Source of the DNA: a virus | Taxonomy: Duplodnaviria; Caudoviricetes | Direction: 5' to 3' (one strand) | Length of the DNA stretch: 64,000 bases | IMG/VR virus record: IMGVR_UViG_3300010965_000001 | Span: 96,001 to 160,000 of that record | In this document: positions 36,901 through 46,746 of the stretch, one piece after another | Position numbering within the stretch: position 1 is the first letter of the stretch | Layout of the letters: each line of letters opens with the position of its first letter | The notes under the pieces: generated by a model | The model's database searches: none | What the model was told of the DNA's origin: nothing | What the model saw: only the letters and a program-made list of their open reading frames with translations | Made by a program: the position numbers and the translations under genes

Positions 36901-39900
36901 TTAACTAACCGTTGATGAAGTTTATTTGGAAGTCCTCTTCCCAATGAATCCCAATCCACCCAGTAAAGTGTAAGATTGTCTCTAAATATAGTATATACTG
37001 GAAATATATCACTCTCAGTAATTTCTTCTACATCCGTAGTTACTCTGTATATTGGATTACCACTATTATAATCTACTATGACGTAATTTGTAGCAGAATT
37101 AGTAAGAGATAAGGTGGTAATTGGTGGCATTGTATAACGTTGCATAAACCCACTATGATTTTTATTGGTATACAATCTTGAAGAACCACTTACCACAGTA
37201 ATTGTACCATTCCCATTATCAATTATAGAAGAAGTTGTAGTTATACCAGCTGCCGCAGTTACTGTTTTTTGAAATGTTAATACTGACCCGAGCGGTATTC
37301 CAGAATCACTCAATCCACTATTATTTAAAAGCATGCCGCCAGTAACGTATAAAGAACCAGTCAAAATAATAGAACCAGTTGAAATGACGGACCCACTTAT
37401 AACTTGCGTTCCTCTAAATATGTTAGATGAAGTTACTGCGAATGAAGATGACAACATTCCATTAAATAAATATGAAGTAGAAGATGTTGCCGCAAATGAT
37501 GCAGACACCACGGAAAATGCAAACGATGCTGTAGATACAAATGATGCCGTGCCAAGTAAACTACCTGTTACACCACCATTTATTCTAAGACTTCCTGTTA
37601 TGACTTGGTTACCACGGAATGTATTACTTCCAGTCGTTGCATACGATGCTGTATATGATGACAAGATTGCACTGCTTGTCACTGCTGCATTCCATTGAAT
37701 GGAATTTCCAGTTTCTCCTTCACCACCAGCGACACCAGCATATACAACTCTATCAACATATAAGTTTCCACCAGTATCTGATGCAGAACTTGATATGGTG
37801 AGAAATGCACGAACGCTACGCGCGTCAGTAATTGGTGCTGTAAGTGTTGTACCATAATCATCAGAATACAACATACCTTGTTCACCACCATAAAATAATC
37901 TAGAACCTATATGAGATACACATACACCGTAATTTACATATCCTGCAGTGGCGCAGTTCGTCCACGTTGCACCATTGTCGGTGGAACGATACAATGCACG
38001 GGTATAATCCTGCCCGGTGGCGATGAAAATATAACCATCAAATTCATCAAATCCCCCGACTGTTGGATAACCACTGAAATGTGAATACAATCCAGTATTT
38101 GATGCCGCCCATGATGCTCCACCATTATCGGAAACAAATACACCGGCGGAAGGATATACCGCACCAGCAAACAATCTTGTTGAGTTTGCGTAAACTGACT
38201 GGATGTTTGTATTAGTTAATCCATTATTCGCCACAGCCCACGTTATACCATAATCACTTGAAATATACACACCAACAGAGGTTCCCGCAAGTAATGTTGC
38301 GCCGTCGGGTGTCGAACAAATGGCATTGATTTGTGATGCTGCCATTCCATTTCTGGATTGTGTAAATATTAACTGTGTTGGTATATTGGTGATGGATGAT
38401 GAATACATTCCAAGTGAATACGTACCTACAAATAATTTTGACCCAAGTGCTTTTAAAGCACGAACCTCAACATTTGGAAGTCCGGCTGTGGATGATGTCC
38501 AATGTAATCCAAAGTCAGTTGATACAGCTACTCCAGTATTTATCGCACCAGGACCAGATCCACCTGCGTAAAGTGTAGAACCGTTACGACCCAATGCCGC
38601 AATATATGATGATGTAATTGCAGTCGTTCCACTTCCTGTGGCAACTTGAAGTGATACACCATTATCTATAGATGAATAAAGTTGGGACATGTTGGTAAGT
38701 GGGTTTACACCCATAAACAAGTAGGACGCCGCGGAGGTTGTGGTATCCGATGTTTTATACACGTACGCATTACCATATACGTTGATAGCCGCTCCTGCAC
38801 TTCCAGCGGTTGTCGTAGTTGTCGTAGTTGTAATTGGTGGGAACGATGTAATATTAGTTATATTACGATTGTTAAGACCATTTATCTGCTGTGTCCAAGA
38901 GGCTCCACCGTTTACGCTATAAAATACACCTTGGTTTTCCGTTCCAACATATAAATTATTATCAGACGTGACATTAAGTGTTGTTATAGTATAGTCAGTC
39001 AATCCGTTATTACATGCCGTCCAGGTGGCACCCATATCAGTTGATTTGTAAACTCCACCATTTACATTATAGATACCTGCATATACTGTTGTACCAACAA
39101 ATTTAAGACAACTAATATTTAGTGTTGTGGGTGGCATACCATTATTTGCCGCTCCCCACGAACGTCCGCCATTTGAGGATGTATAAATACCGTCACCAAG
39201 CGTGCCAGCAAATAAAGTCGGACCACTGTATGCAAGACTTCGTACACCACTAAACAAAAATCCACTTGTGACTTCATGGAAGGTTGACCCATTATTTGAA
39301 GATGTTACCACACCACCGCTACTAAATCCATTTGCAATAAAGATGACAGAAGATGAAATCATCATATCATAATTATACACATTGGAAATTCCTAATTGGA
39401 ATCCATTCCATGTTTTTCCACCATCTGTTGACTTGTAATATGCAGTTGGATTTGCAAGTGGTGGAATTCTAACACCGAGATAAATATCTGGACCATTCGT
39501 TACTAAGTTAGTAAGGATAATCGATGACAGTGTTGGAAAGTCTGGTGAGAGTTTCCAAGTGTTTCCATAATCAGATGAAGTATAATATACGTTGTTTGTT
39601 GTTCCTGCGAATAACCATGAGCCAGATGCACCAAGAATACCATTTACCCACGGTGCCATTGGTGTGTTGGTTACAGCCCAGTTTGCACCACCGTCAAATG
39701 AACGATACAATCCAGCATGAGTTCCTGCGAATAATGGTATGTCAGTTGTAGTTACAGAACTTGTGGTAGATGAAATATTTCCACCGTAAAATGTTTGTGT
39801 CTTATCCCAAATATTTGAAGTATGTAAGATACCCCAATCAACAGTATCACTAATCGTGCCGTACTTTATAATACCACCAGTCATTAAGATATTGCTACCA

Positions 39901-42725
39901 GTTATATCACCATTACTCTTAACATTGAATCTTGAAGTTGATATAAACATGTTTGCTGGACTTGGATAACCTGCCCATGCCTCTGAAGGGCTACCGCTTA
40001 TAAAAAGTTGACCCGACCATAATGACGAAGAACCGATATGGAATCCACCAATGTTTCCACCAAGTGCATTAATGATACCATTGTAATATGCATCTCCACT
40101 TGAAGAAAGGAAGAAGTTGCTACTACTAATTTCTATTTTACCGTCAGCACCACTAATGTATTGGCTTCCAAGGTCACCTACAAAGAATGACTGTGCTACA
40201 ACTTCAAATATTGACGCTGTACCATCTGCTCTGAATCGCATGCGCCCATAATTTAGACCAGCGTTAAGTTCCAATCCAATTGCGTTGTAATTGTCAGAAG
40301 AACTTAATCTATTTGTTAATGTTGGTGAACCACTATATATTAAAAATCCAGGTGCAGTATTTCCTGCGGTTGCACTTGTATATCCTGAATATGGAAGTGA
40401 ACGAAGATACCCGCCCCAAGGACCACCAGCCAATTCTACACCATATCGATAGTCAGTGCCGGGAGTTAATCCATATGGTAAATTCTCTGTAATCGATGAA
40501 CCACCAATTACTAAACTTCCATCGTGAATGAAGTTGTCATCACCTTCGATTACTACGTTGTTACTTAACGTATAAAGACTCTTTATGCTCGATAACCACG
40601 TTGACGAAAATGAATTTGCGGGATTTAAAAATTCAATCTTGAATTCTAATGTATCACTTCGTTTACTACTTGGATTTGGGACAATCAACGTGTATTCGGC
40701 TGGAGAAAATCCTTTTAATGGCATAGATGTAACAGTGATGTTATTCACAATCCAATCTGCCATATCCTGTATTACAAATACAAGATTTCCAGTTCCGTCA
40801 AAGTCTGGAGTAAATTTATATGTAAGTGTGCTGAAATCTTTTTCGTATACACCGTTTAAACCAACCGCCAAATTAATTAATGTTTGGTCACCGTTTGGTT
40901 CAGTATAATATCCTGCAGGAGTAACCGTTACTTTACCAGTCTTATCTTTTTTAGATTGTGCGGCTCTCCATACCAATGCCGATGGAGCTGGATAAAGTTT
41001 TTTGGATATTAACTCCTTACCAAAAATATTATCTGTATTCTTTCCAAGTGTACTAAACGAATGCTGTAAACCTTCTGCGTTGTTACCTTCCAAAAATCCC
41101 GACCCACTCATGTATACTTCAAAGATTGGTTGACCACTTGTTTCAAATCGTTGACCAATCAAATCTATTGATATTTGATACTCTGTCCCCTTATAAAACG
41201 TCATTTGCTTCTTATGAGTAATCTTGTAAAAAACAAAATCATTTGATAATACTGAGCCAGATGCATTAAATTTAACTGAGTTGAATGAGACATCCGAACT
41301 GAGTTGAATATTCAAGTCATTTACTGCCGTAGGAAGAACTGTATCTGAAAGTGTTGTATAACTTCCAGTAGAAAATATAGTCATAGTATCAGAGATGGAA
41401 CTTGGAAATCTTCCAACGTCAATACCTTTATTATCCACTAATAAGTTTTGATTTGTAATGTTGCGTTCCGCCAATGATGTGAATTCACCATTTGTGCCAG
41501 CACTTCTATACGATACTCTCACTTTTGAAACTTGTCCACCAAGTGTCTTTAGATTACTCAAATCAAAGTTAAGATATGACACAGTTTTTAAATGTGGAAT
41601 GCGCACTTCTGGGTGATAATAACTCATTGACACATGTGAGTTTTCAAATGTGTAGAACTTCAAATCAAATGGTTTTTCATCCGAATTAATGTAATGCTTA
41701 ACATATGGAGTTATAACTGCGGTAGATGAATTAACTACGCGTGTTACGATTCCTCTGTAAGTAAACAACGTTGGATATTTATCTGGAAATCGTGTTAACA
41801 CATTTACAGAATCAGTCATAATTCCGGGAGTTGCAATTTCCATAGTGTTTAATGACATCACACCGAAATTATTATTATCGTTGATATTGACTGGTTCTTG
41901 CACGACAACAGAAGCACCCACGAAGTTAGAATCAAAGGTGAATCCACTTGCATGTAAATAATAGATATTTGGTTCAAGTGTGTAAGCCGTTCCAGCGTAC
42001 TCATTCTGTCCAACGGATTGTGCATTTGATGTTAATGATACGAAGTTGGTAGATGCAGAATTAACAAATATTCCACTTGGAAATACAGCATCCACACCCT
42101 TATAACTTGCCGTAAATTCCGTTATAACCGAAACGGGCGATTTGTAAAATACAATCGGTGCCGCATTGATGGAGTTCCCCAACGTATTGATTCGGATTTT
42201 TGTTGACCATCTAACATTGTATACACCTGTCCAATCTGTGGGGATGTTAACGGTAGCACCATTATAATAACGAATTGCTTCACCAACAAGTGTCAATGTC
42301 GCCATACCAGATGGAATGTCTTCGTATATAATAACTTGAACATCTCTGCCTGTCGTGGTGTTTACCGAATAACCATCGGATGATACGTTTTCTGTAAATT
42401 GTATATTGCCTGGTGTATAATCAATAATATCTTCCATCGTTTTTGGGAACACGATTGGAATACTAACAATATTACCATTGAAATCTGGTTCATCCATGAC
42501 CAATTCTGCCTTAATCTGTGAAGTTAGTTTTAACAGATTTGGGTCTGGATTTACGATAAATGAATATTTTCCATTGGACATTTCACTAAATATCGGTGAA
42601 ACGTGGAAATAGTCAGACATCGGTGAAGTATCTTCGATGAGAATGGGGATTGTTGCCAATCCAAGATAGTCTGCGTGAAGGTTGCGTCCTTCTTCGGGAT
42701 ATTTTAATAGTCTTTTGTCATACAT
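33957..42725 (-). CDS. Giant modular tail fibre / receptor-binding protein (2922 aa)
   Basis: About 700-aa N-terminal anchor region, two BNR propellers joined by a poly-Thr linker, ASYA / TGSN.F.G stalk repeats, and a C-terminal DW..G..F...WxGGxxPT..DIYTF fibre-end module. Confidence 0.7.
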   Translation of the reverse strand: MYDKRLLKYPEEGRNLHADYLGLATIPILIEDTSPMSDYFHVSPIFSEMSNGKYSFIVNPDPNLLKLTSQIKAELVMDEPDFNGNIVSIPIVFPKTMEDIIDYTPGNIQFTENVSSDGYSVNTTTGRDVQVIIYEDIPSGMATLTLVGEAIRYYNGATVNIPTDWTGVYNVRWSTKIRINTLGNSINAAPIVFYKSPVSVITEFTASYKGVDAVFPSGIFVNSASTNFVSLTSNAQSVGQNEYAGTAYTLEPNIYYLHASGFTFDSNFVGASVVVQEPVNINDNNNFGVMSLNTMEIATPGIMTDSVNVLTRFPDKYPTLFTYRGIVTRVVNSSTAVITPYVKHYINSDEKPFDLKFYTFENSHVSMSYYHPEVRIPHLKTVSYLNFDLSNLKTLGGQVSKVRVSYRSAGTNGEFTSLAERNITNQNLLVDNKGIDVGRFPSSISDTMTIFSTGSYTTLSDTVLPTAVNDLNIQLSSDVSFNSVKFNASGSVLSNDFVFYKITHKKQMTFYKGTEYQISIDLIGQRFETSGQPIFEVYMSGSGFLEGNNAEGLQHSFSTLGKNTDNIFGKELISKKLYPAPSALVWRAAQSKKDKTGKVTVTPAGYYTEPNGDQTLINLAVGLNGVYEKDFSTLTYKFTPDFDGTGNLVFVIQDMADWIVNNITVTSMPLKGFSPAEYTLIVPNPSSKRSDTLEFKIEFLNPANSFSSTWLSSIKSLYTLSNNVVIEGDDNFIHDGSLVIGGSSITENLPYGLTPGTDYRYGVELAGGPWGGYLRSLPYSGYTSATAGNTAPGFLIYSGSPTLTNRLSSSDNYNAIGLELNAGLNYGRMRFRADGTASIFEVVAQSFFVGDLGSQYISGADGKIEISSSNFFLSSSGDAYYNGIINALGGNIGGFHIGSSSLWSGQLFISGSPSEAWAGYPSPANMFISTSRFNVKSNGDITGSNILMTGGIIKYGTISDTVDWGILHTSNIWDKTQTFYGGNISSTTSSVTTTDIPLFAGTHAGLYRSFDGGANWAVTNTPMAPWVNGILGASGSWLFAGTTNNVYYTSSDYGNTWKLSPDFPTLSSIILTNLVTNGPDIYLGVRIPPLANPTAYYKSTDGGKTWNGFQLGISNVYNYDMMISSSVIFIANGFSSGGVVTSSNNGSTFHEVTSGFLFSGVRSLAYSGPTLFAGTLGDGIYTSSNGGRSWGAANNGMPPTTLNISCLKFVGTTVYAGIYNVNGGVYKSTDMGATWTACNNGLTDYTITTLNVTSDNNLYVGTENQGVFYSVNGGASWTQQINGLNNRNITNITSFPPITTTTTTTTAGSAGAAINVYGNAYVYKTSDTTTSAASYLFMGVNPLTNMSQLYSSIDNGVSLQVATGSGTTAITSSYIAALGRNGSTLYAGGSGPGAINTGVAVSTDFGLHWTSSTAGLPNVEVRALKALGSKLFVGTYSLGMYSSSITNIPTQLIFTQSRNGMAASQINAICSTPDGATLLAGTSVGVYISSDYGITWAVANNGLTNTNIQSVYANSTRLFAGAVYPSAGVFVSDNGGASWAASNTGLYSHFSGYPTVGGFDEFDGYIFIATGQDYTRALYRSTDNGATWTNCATAGYVNYGVCVSHIGSRLFYGGEQGMLYSDDYGTTLTAPITDARSVRAFLTISSSASDTGGNLYVDRVVYAGVAGGEGETGNSIQWNAAVTSSAILSSYTASYATTGSNTFRGNQVITGSLRINGGVTGSLLGTASFVSTASFAFSVVSASFAATSSTSYLFNGMLSSSFAVTSSNIFRGTQVISGSVISTGSIILTGSLYVTGGMLLNNSGLSDSGIPLGSVLTFQKTVTAAAGITTTSSIIDNGNGTITVVSGSSRLYTNKNHSGFMQRYTMPPITTLSLTNSATNYVIVDYNSGNPIYRVTTDVEEITESDIFPVYTIFRDNLTLYWVDWDSLGRGLPNKLHQRLVKTQRYARESGLIVSTTGSYVTVTEGKVWLGVVRHTLLEILPNTEKIYTYYHSASAWTHVTGSTFNSSSYDNGITTASLSNNNYNTHWVYRHIQSGPTSSIYNNACVLLGTLNANKLSDAQAAQPPSSIPPGIASMGILVGRIIVQEGVSTAIQVDSAFDIHFSATGVTAHSDLTNLDYASSGHTGFLSAVSTSSMLVLSSSYALSASWAPGGSSISASYALTASYALNGGSGGAGFPGSSYTATFLSSSWGLASPYYTQSFVHNLNSKELLISLWDSSSGYYEQVGVDTIRQTSPTTVDILVSEIPDGRFTGEIVVSTGAGLVVSASYAATASILLGLAESASYAVSASWAPTIDTSVFATTGSNIFVGNEIISGSLNVAGKGYFVSDTFPPLRVQRANTAGNSETGTLTLRAHTNNTMVNGFGSSMTFTLQSGSTENFIGSIGTFRNGVDNNGFMRFGVATAGVFSYPMRVYGDIVQVTGSLNVAAGITGSLLGTSSYAIMAQSASYYTMNEVTKDPTGFVNPTSIIVTYSGSRQIVLTGTVVAYWQGQVIQELVSGWTSSIHDTTEGTWFLSYDGASYTWSQTPWTFDKLQIAVVRYSSTDKFALREVHGLMQWQVHEAIHTTVGTYLSSGADVSGLTLNSVTPSLRRPTMSIATIKDEDLATNLTALSGSYTLFYLTGSGVNGTGSFQTESAEFVPVSGISATYNQYTGTVWQRTTLPNNAYATIWLVAVPVTSDTESQKYRYVWFHGQTQSTTLSTIQALTPSSLNTTAISTMIPEFVFVARVIIRETGANDWSVIQTDKLLGSRYSQTTVSAGNYLSAVVTDATLSGDGSLGNPLSVVSASFFVKSDQTGSFATLTSNAFSGNQAIAGSLIISKSVIGSTVSMSAVDVDWSLGNTFTRKLTQHSTLTFSNTSSGQTLNVILTNSASAFTASWPATITWKGGTVPTQTTASATTSKTDIYTFICVGSLTYGASAQNF

Positions 42726-42731
42726 AGTGCT

Positions 42732-42800
42732 TATAAATATAATTGTTTTGAGTTAATCCTCTATTTATTATAAGGAATTATAATCAATCTAATATAAATA
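42732..42800. promoter_or_regulatory. Overlapping divergent promoter cluster
   Basis: TATTTATA on the minus strand at 42732-42739 and 42793-42800; TATTTATT on the plus strand at 42762-42769. Confidence 0.5.
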
Positions 42801-42802
42801 TC

Positions 42803-42979
42803 ATGCACAACAAAAACTATAAGCCAATACAGATACCTCTTGAGTCGTTTGAGCAACTCAAGAAGTATTGTAATGAGAATGGTTATAAGATGGGTAAGTT
42901 CTTAGAGGTTTTAATAGCAAGAAATTGCAAACTTGAAGAGCAACGTCCTAAATTGCCTGTTACTCGTGAACAATTTTAG
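42803..42979 (+). CDS. Small ribbon-helix-helix-like DNA-binding protein, 58 aa (not in the track)
   Basis: MHNKNYKPIQIPLESFEQLKKYCNENGYKMGKFLEVLIARNC...*; a beta strand followed by two amphipathic helices. Confidence 0.6.
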   Translation: MHNKNYKPIQIPLESFEQLKKYCNENGYKMGKFLEVLIARNCKLEEQRPKLPVTREQF

Positions 42980-43002
42980 AGAAATGACTATTTATATATA
43001 AT

Positions 43003-43626
43003 ATGAATACTACAAAACAAAAAATATATTGTTCAAATTGCAAAATAGAGATAACTGGAAGAGGAAAACACGGTAAATGTAAAAAATGTGTATTTCTCGG
43101 TGAAAATAATCCAAATTATGGAAATCCATCTGAACGAAAAAGTCCATATAAAGGTACAGTTGGAATTTTACACGCCAACACAATTTTTCCATCAAAATCT
43201 GGAAAAAATAATCCAATGTATGGTGTAACGAGAACTGGAAAATTGTCTGGATTTTTTGGAAAACGACATACAGAAGAAACTAAAAAGAAAAAACGAATTG
43301 CAATGATTGAATATATTAAAAAGAAAAAAGGTGGAATATCACCAAATTACAATATAAATTCAATTAAAATAATAGAACAATATGGTAAAGAACATGGATA
43401 TAATTTTCAGCATGCGGAAAATGGTGGAGAATTTTATATTAAAGAACTTGGATATTGGGTAGATGGATATGATAAAGAAAAGAATGTCATAATTGAATAT
43501 TATGAACCTTACCATAAATCAAAAAAAGAAAGAGATGAAATTCGTAAAAACGAAATAACATCTCTTCTTAATTGTACATTCATTGAATTAAAATCTTGGG
43601 AATTATTACAAGAAAGTGATACTTGA
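43003..43626 (+). CDS. Homing endonuclease-like protein, fourth paralogue
   Basis: CSNC..CKKC, GENNPNYG / GKNNPMYG / FFGKRHTEETK, YWVDGYDKEKNVIIEYYE..H; overlaps the 3' end of the SbcD-SbcC gene by 21 nt. Confidence 0.72.
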   Translation: MNTTKQKIYCSNCKIEITGRGKHGKCKKCVFLGENNPNYGNPSERKSPYKGTVGILHANTIFPSKSGKNNPMYGVTRTGKLSGFFGKRHTEETKKKKRIAMIEYIKKKKGGISPNYNINSIKIIEQYGKEHGYNFQHAENGGEFYIKELGYWVDGYDKEKNVIIEYYEPYHKSKKERDEIRKNEITSLLNCTFIELKSWELLQESDT

Positions 43627-46600
43627 AAACTCCTCTGAATTTTTAACAATTTCAAGATTAGAATCTACGGAATCTTTTATAGAATCCAAATGTGACACAA
43701 TGAGAACAAAGTCAAATTTCTGCCTCAAATAATCAAACAAGTAACCGAGACTATTCATATTGTCAGAGTCCATCACCCCAAATCCTTCGTCAATTGCCAA
43801 GAATGTGGGTCGTGACAGGTTTGAAATATTGAGTAATGCGCTTCTAATTGCCAAAGACGCAATAAACTTTTCCATTCCACTAACTAACTCAATCGGCCAG
43901 AAACGCGAATCATCATATGCGATTACGGCATTGATGTTCTTACCGTCAAGATTGAAGATGATATTGAAGTCTACCAATGATGATAGAATGTCATTGACTT
44001 CTTCTTGTAAGGTAGGAATGGTATTTGCAATAAGTTCATAGGGAACACCGTCTCTACTGATTGCTTGGGCATACAATTCATATGCTCTAAACTTTTCTTC
44101 AATATCACGTGCGTTCTTCATTAACTCATGGATTTTATTCATTTCATTCTTTGATACTTCTGCCTTTGAGATTGCTTCTCTAAGGTCGCGTTCAGTATCC
44201 TTCTTGTTACTTAGAACAACGTCCAACTGTTTACGAATTTCGGTAATCTTTTTGTCAATTAATCGATTCATTTCGATAATTTGTTTGTTCTGTTCGTATG
44301 CATTCATCTGAGAATCGATAAAATTAACTTCCAATTTTAGAAATTCAATTTTCTGCTCCATCGCACTTTTTGCGGCTTCATTCTTAAAAACAAGTAACTT
44401 CTGTTCGTCCATCTCACGCGTTTTACGAAGTAAATCGGAATGTGCTTTCTCGCTCGATGCGATTGTATCTCTGACGTGTGCGATGTCAACCAATTCCTGT
44501 TCAAGTTCCGCAAACTGTTTCAGGTCTTCGACTATCTCTTTCTTTGTTTTGATAGCATTCTTGACGAAGATATTATCCATACAGAAACTACAATTTGGGT
44601 CATATTTGTGCTGTTCCAAATCTGCAAGAGTTTTTTTCTTCTGTTCAAGTTTTATCTTTTCTTTTTCATATGTTGCATATACTCTCACATATTTGGATAC
44701 ACATGTTTGGAATTCACTATACAATTCTTCTACACCGTTATCCTTCAATGACTTCACTTCACCATACAGTTCAACGGCACATGCTTTTTGTTGAACGATT
44801 TTTTGTTTTAATACTTCTAACTCAGGAAGTAATTTATGTAACTGTATTTCACACTGAGTATATTTAACTTGCAATTCGGCTATATCAATAGAGTCATCAA
44901 CTGATTGAATTCTATTTCCAGTTTCGGTAATAATCTGTTCGTTAAGTTTGCGGTCTAATGCGTCTAACTTATCCTTCTCAATTGTATATTTATCGATTCG
45001 TTCTGAGTGTTCTTCAACTTCAGTTTCAAGTGTAGACAGTTTTCTACTGAAATCTTGTTTACGATATTCCGTCAGTAATGTATTAATCTCTTTTGTCTTT
45101 TCGTTTGCCTCGTCGTAGAGAATATCGAAAATATCGATGTCAAGAAATTTTGCTAAGAAGTCCTTACGTTCTGTCTGTGACTTATTAATGAACGAATCAT
45201 TGTTACCTTGAAATGACATGGCAGTTGTAACGAAGTCTTCGTACGTTCCGACATATCCTCTAATTAATGAGTTCGTTTCATCTCTACTATCACCATTGAG
45301 AGAGATGATGTTATCATCGTCACCGATTGTCCAAAAGTCTACGTCAACTTTTACTGCACCATTCCGTTGTTTGTATCCCTTCCGTTCAATGTAGTAATCA
45401 ACATCATTAATTTCGAAATTAAACTTGCAATTGAACGTCAATTTACGACTGTTGAGCACACTTGCTCCCTTGAAGGCACGCGAGGATTTATCAAAGATAC
45501 AGAACATAAGTGCATCAATCAATGAGGATTTACCACTTGCATTAGGTGCGAACAATCCAATGATTCCACCAAGTTTTGCGAAGTCAACTACGTTATCTTC
45601 ACCATACGCAAACATATTACTGAACTCAAATCTCTTTGGTTTCCACACGATGTTACGTGAGGTTTCATTCGCCATTAAATTTTTATTTGTATCTCTGTTG
45701 ATTGAATATATCTTGTCCATAATCTCTGGTTCGATGTTACCATAACGTGTGTCAAGGTAACTTCTAATGAGATTATTTTGTGTTTCTACATTTCTAACAT
45801 CCAACGTATTCTGCCGATTAGTTGCTTGAACTCTTGTCGTTGCTCTGTCAACATTGCTGATTATTATTTCTTGAACGTCATACTGTTTACGTAAATCTGT
45901 TTGAATTCGTTGTAAATCAGTTGCCACTGTATCAGATACTTTCAATCGAATGCGTGGCTTCTTACTCATTAATGGTGGCACTGTATACTGTCCAGCCGTC
46001 AATTCGATTGTAAAATATCCGTAATCGTTGGGGATGCTTATAAATTGTGGTGTGCGTGTTGGTATATCCCATAACAAGTATCCTTTGGGTAGATGCTCAC
46101 CGTAATTATTCTGTACGATGGCACCTGCATACCAAATTTCTGGCTTGTGTAGTAACGCATTATATTCTTGAAGTCGTTGATGCCCGTGGATGTCTCCAAG
46201 AAGAACCATATCATATCCGTCAAATTCACTACAAGACATTTCACCATTCTTTGCCTTAAATCCACCAAAGTCTGCACCTGTAACTACACCATGATAGAGT
46301 GCGATGTTTGTCTTATCGTCCATCTTAACTAACGATGGATAATCTGCTTTTTCAGAAAATACGGACAAATGCGTAATTCGAATATTGTCTATTTCAAGTG
46401 TTTCTGTATTCTTTGAATAGATTATATTCTTATTTTTGATGTTAGCGATGATAGGTGAGAGCGTATCCAACCGTGAAGAATTGTTTAAGTTACAGTCGTG
46501 ATTGCCAGGAATGATAACTACTTTTGCAATTTTAGCAAGGTTTACGAAGAACTTTGATACAACATCAATAAGTTCAGGTGAAATCTCCGTCTTACTATGA

Positions 46601-46746
46601 ACGATGTCACCTGTAAGAATAATGAGAGAATCTTCTGCATTTTGTTTTATCTGTTTGTATATCGTATTAAATACTTGCGTGTACTCACTGTGGCGTTTTA
46701 ACAATCTAATGTGAATATCAGAAATGTGATGAATTTTATTTATCAT
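43606..46746 (-). CDS. Fused Mre11/SbcD nuclease and Rad50/SbcC ATPase (gp47-gp46 equivalent)
   Basis: HISDIH, LTGDIVH, PGNHD, GDIH; Walker A PNASGKSS; zinc hook CSFC; signature VSGMEKF; Walker B AIDEGFG; IVSH. Confidence 0.9.
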   Translation of the reverse strand: MINKIHHISDIHIRLLKRHSEYTQVFNTIYKQIKQNAEDSLIILTGDIVHSKTEISPELIDVVSKFFVNLAKIAKVVIIPGNHDCNLNNSSRLDTLSPIIANIKNKNIIYSKNTETLEIDNIRITHLSVFSEKADYPSLVKMDDKTNIALYHGVVTGADFGGFKAKNGEMSCSEFDGYDMVLLGDIHGHQRLQEYNALLHKPEIWYAGAIVQNNYGEHLPKGYLLWDIPTRTPQFISIPNDYGYFTIELTAGQYTVPPLMSKKPRIRLKVSDTVATDLQRIQTDLRKQYDVQEIIISNVDRATTRVQATNRQNTLDVRNVETQNNLIRSYLDTRYGNIEPEIMDKIYSINRDTNKNLMANETSRNIVWKPKRFEFSNMFAYGEDNVVDFAKLGGIIGLFAPNASGKSSLIDALMFCIFDKSSRAFKGASVLNSRKLTFNCKFNFEINDVDYYIERKGYKQRNGAVKVDVDFWTIGDDDNIISLNGDSRDETNSLIRGYVGTYEDFVTTAMSFQGNNDSFINKSQTERKDFLAKFLDIDIFDILYDEANEKTKEINTLLTEYRKQDFSRKLSTLETEVEEHSERIDKYTIEKDKLDALDRKLNEQIITETGNRIQSVDDSIDIAELQVKYTQCEIQLHKLLPELEVLKQKIVQQKACAVELYGEVKSLKDNGVEELYSEFQTCVSKYVRVYATYEKEKIKLEQKKKTLADLEQHKYDPNCSFCMDNIFVKNAIKTKKEIVEDLKQFAELEQELVDIAHVRDTIASSEKAHSDLLRKTREMDEQKLLVFKNEAAKSAMEQKIEFLKLEVNFIDSQMNAYEQNKQIIEMNRLIDKKITEIRKQLDVVLSNKKDTERDLREAISKAEVSKNEMNKIHELMKNARDIEEKFRAYELYAQAISRDGVPYELIANTIPTLQEEVNDILSSLVDFNIIFNLDGKNINAVIAYDDSRFWPIELVSGMEKFIASLAIRSALLNISNLSRPTFLAIDEGFGVMDSDNMNSLGYLFDYLRQKFDFVLIVSHLDSIKDSVDSNLEIVKNSEEFSSITFL

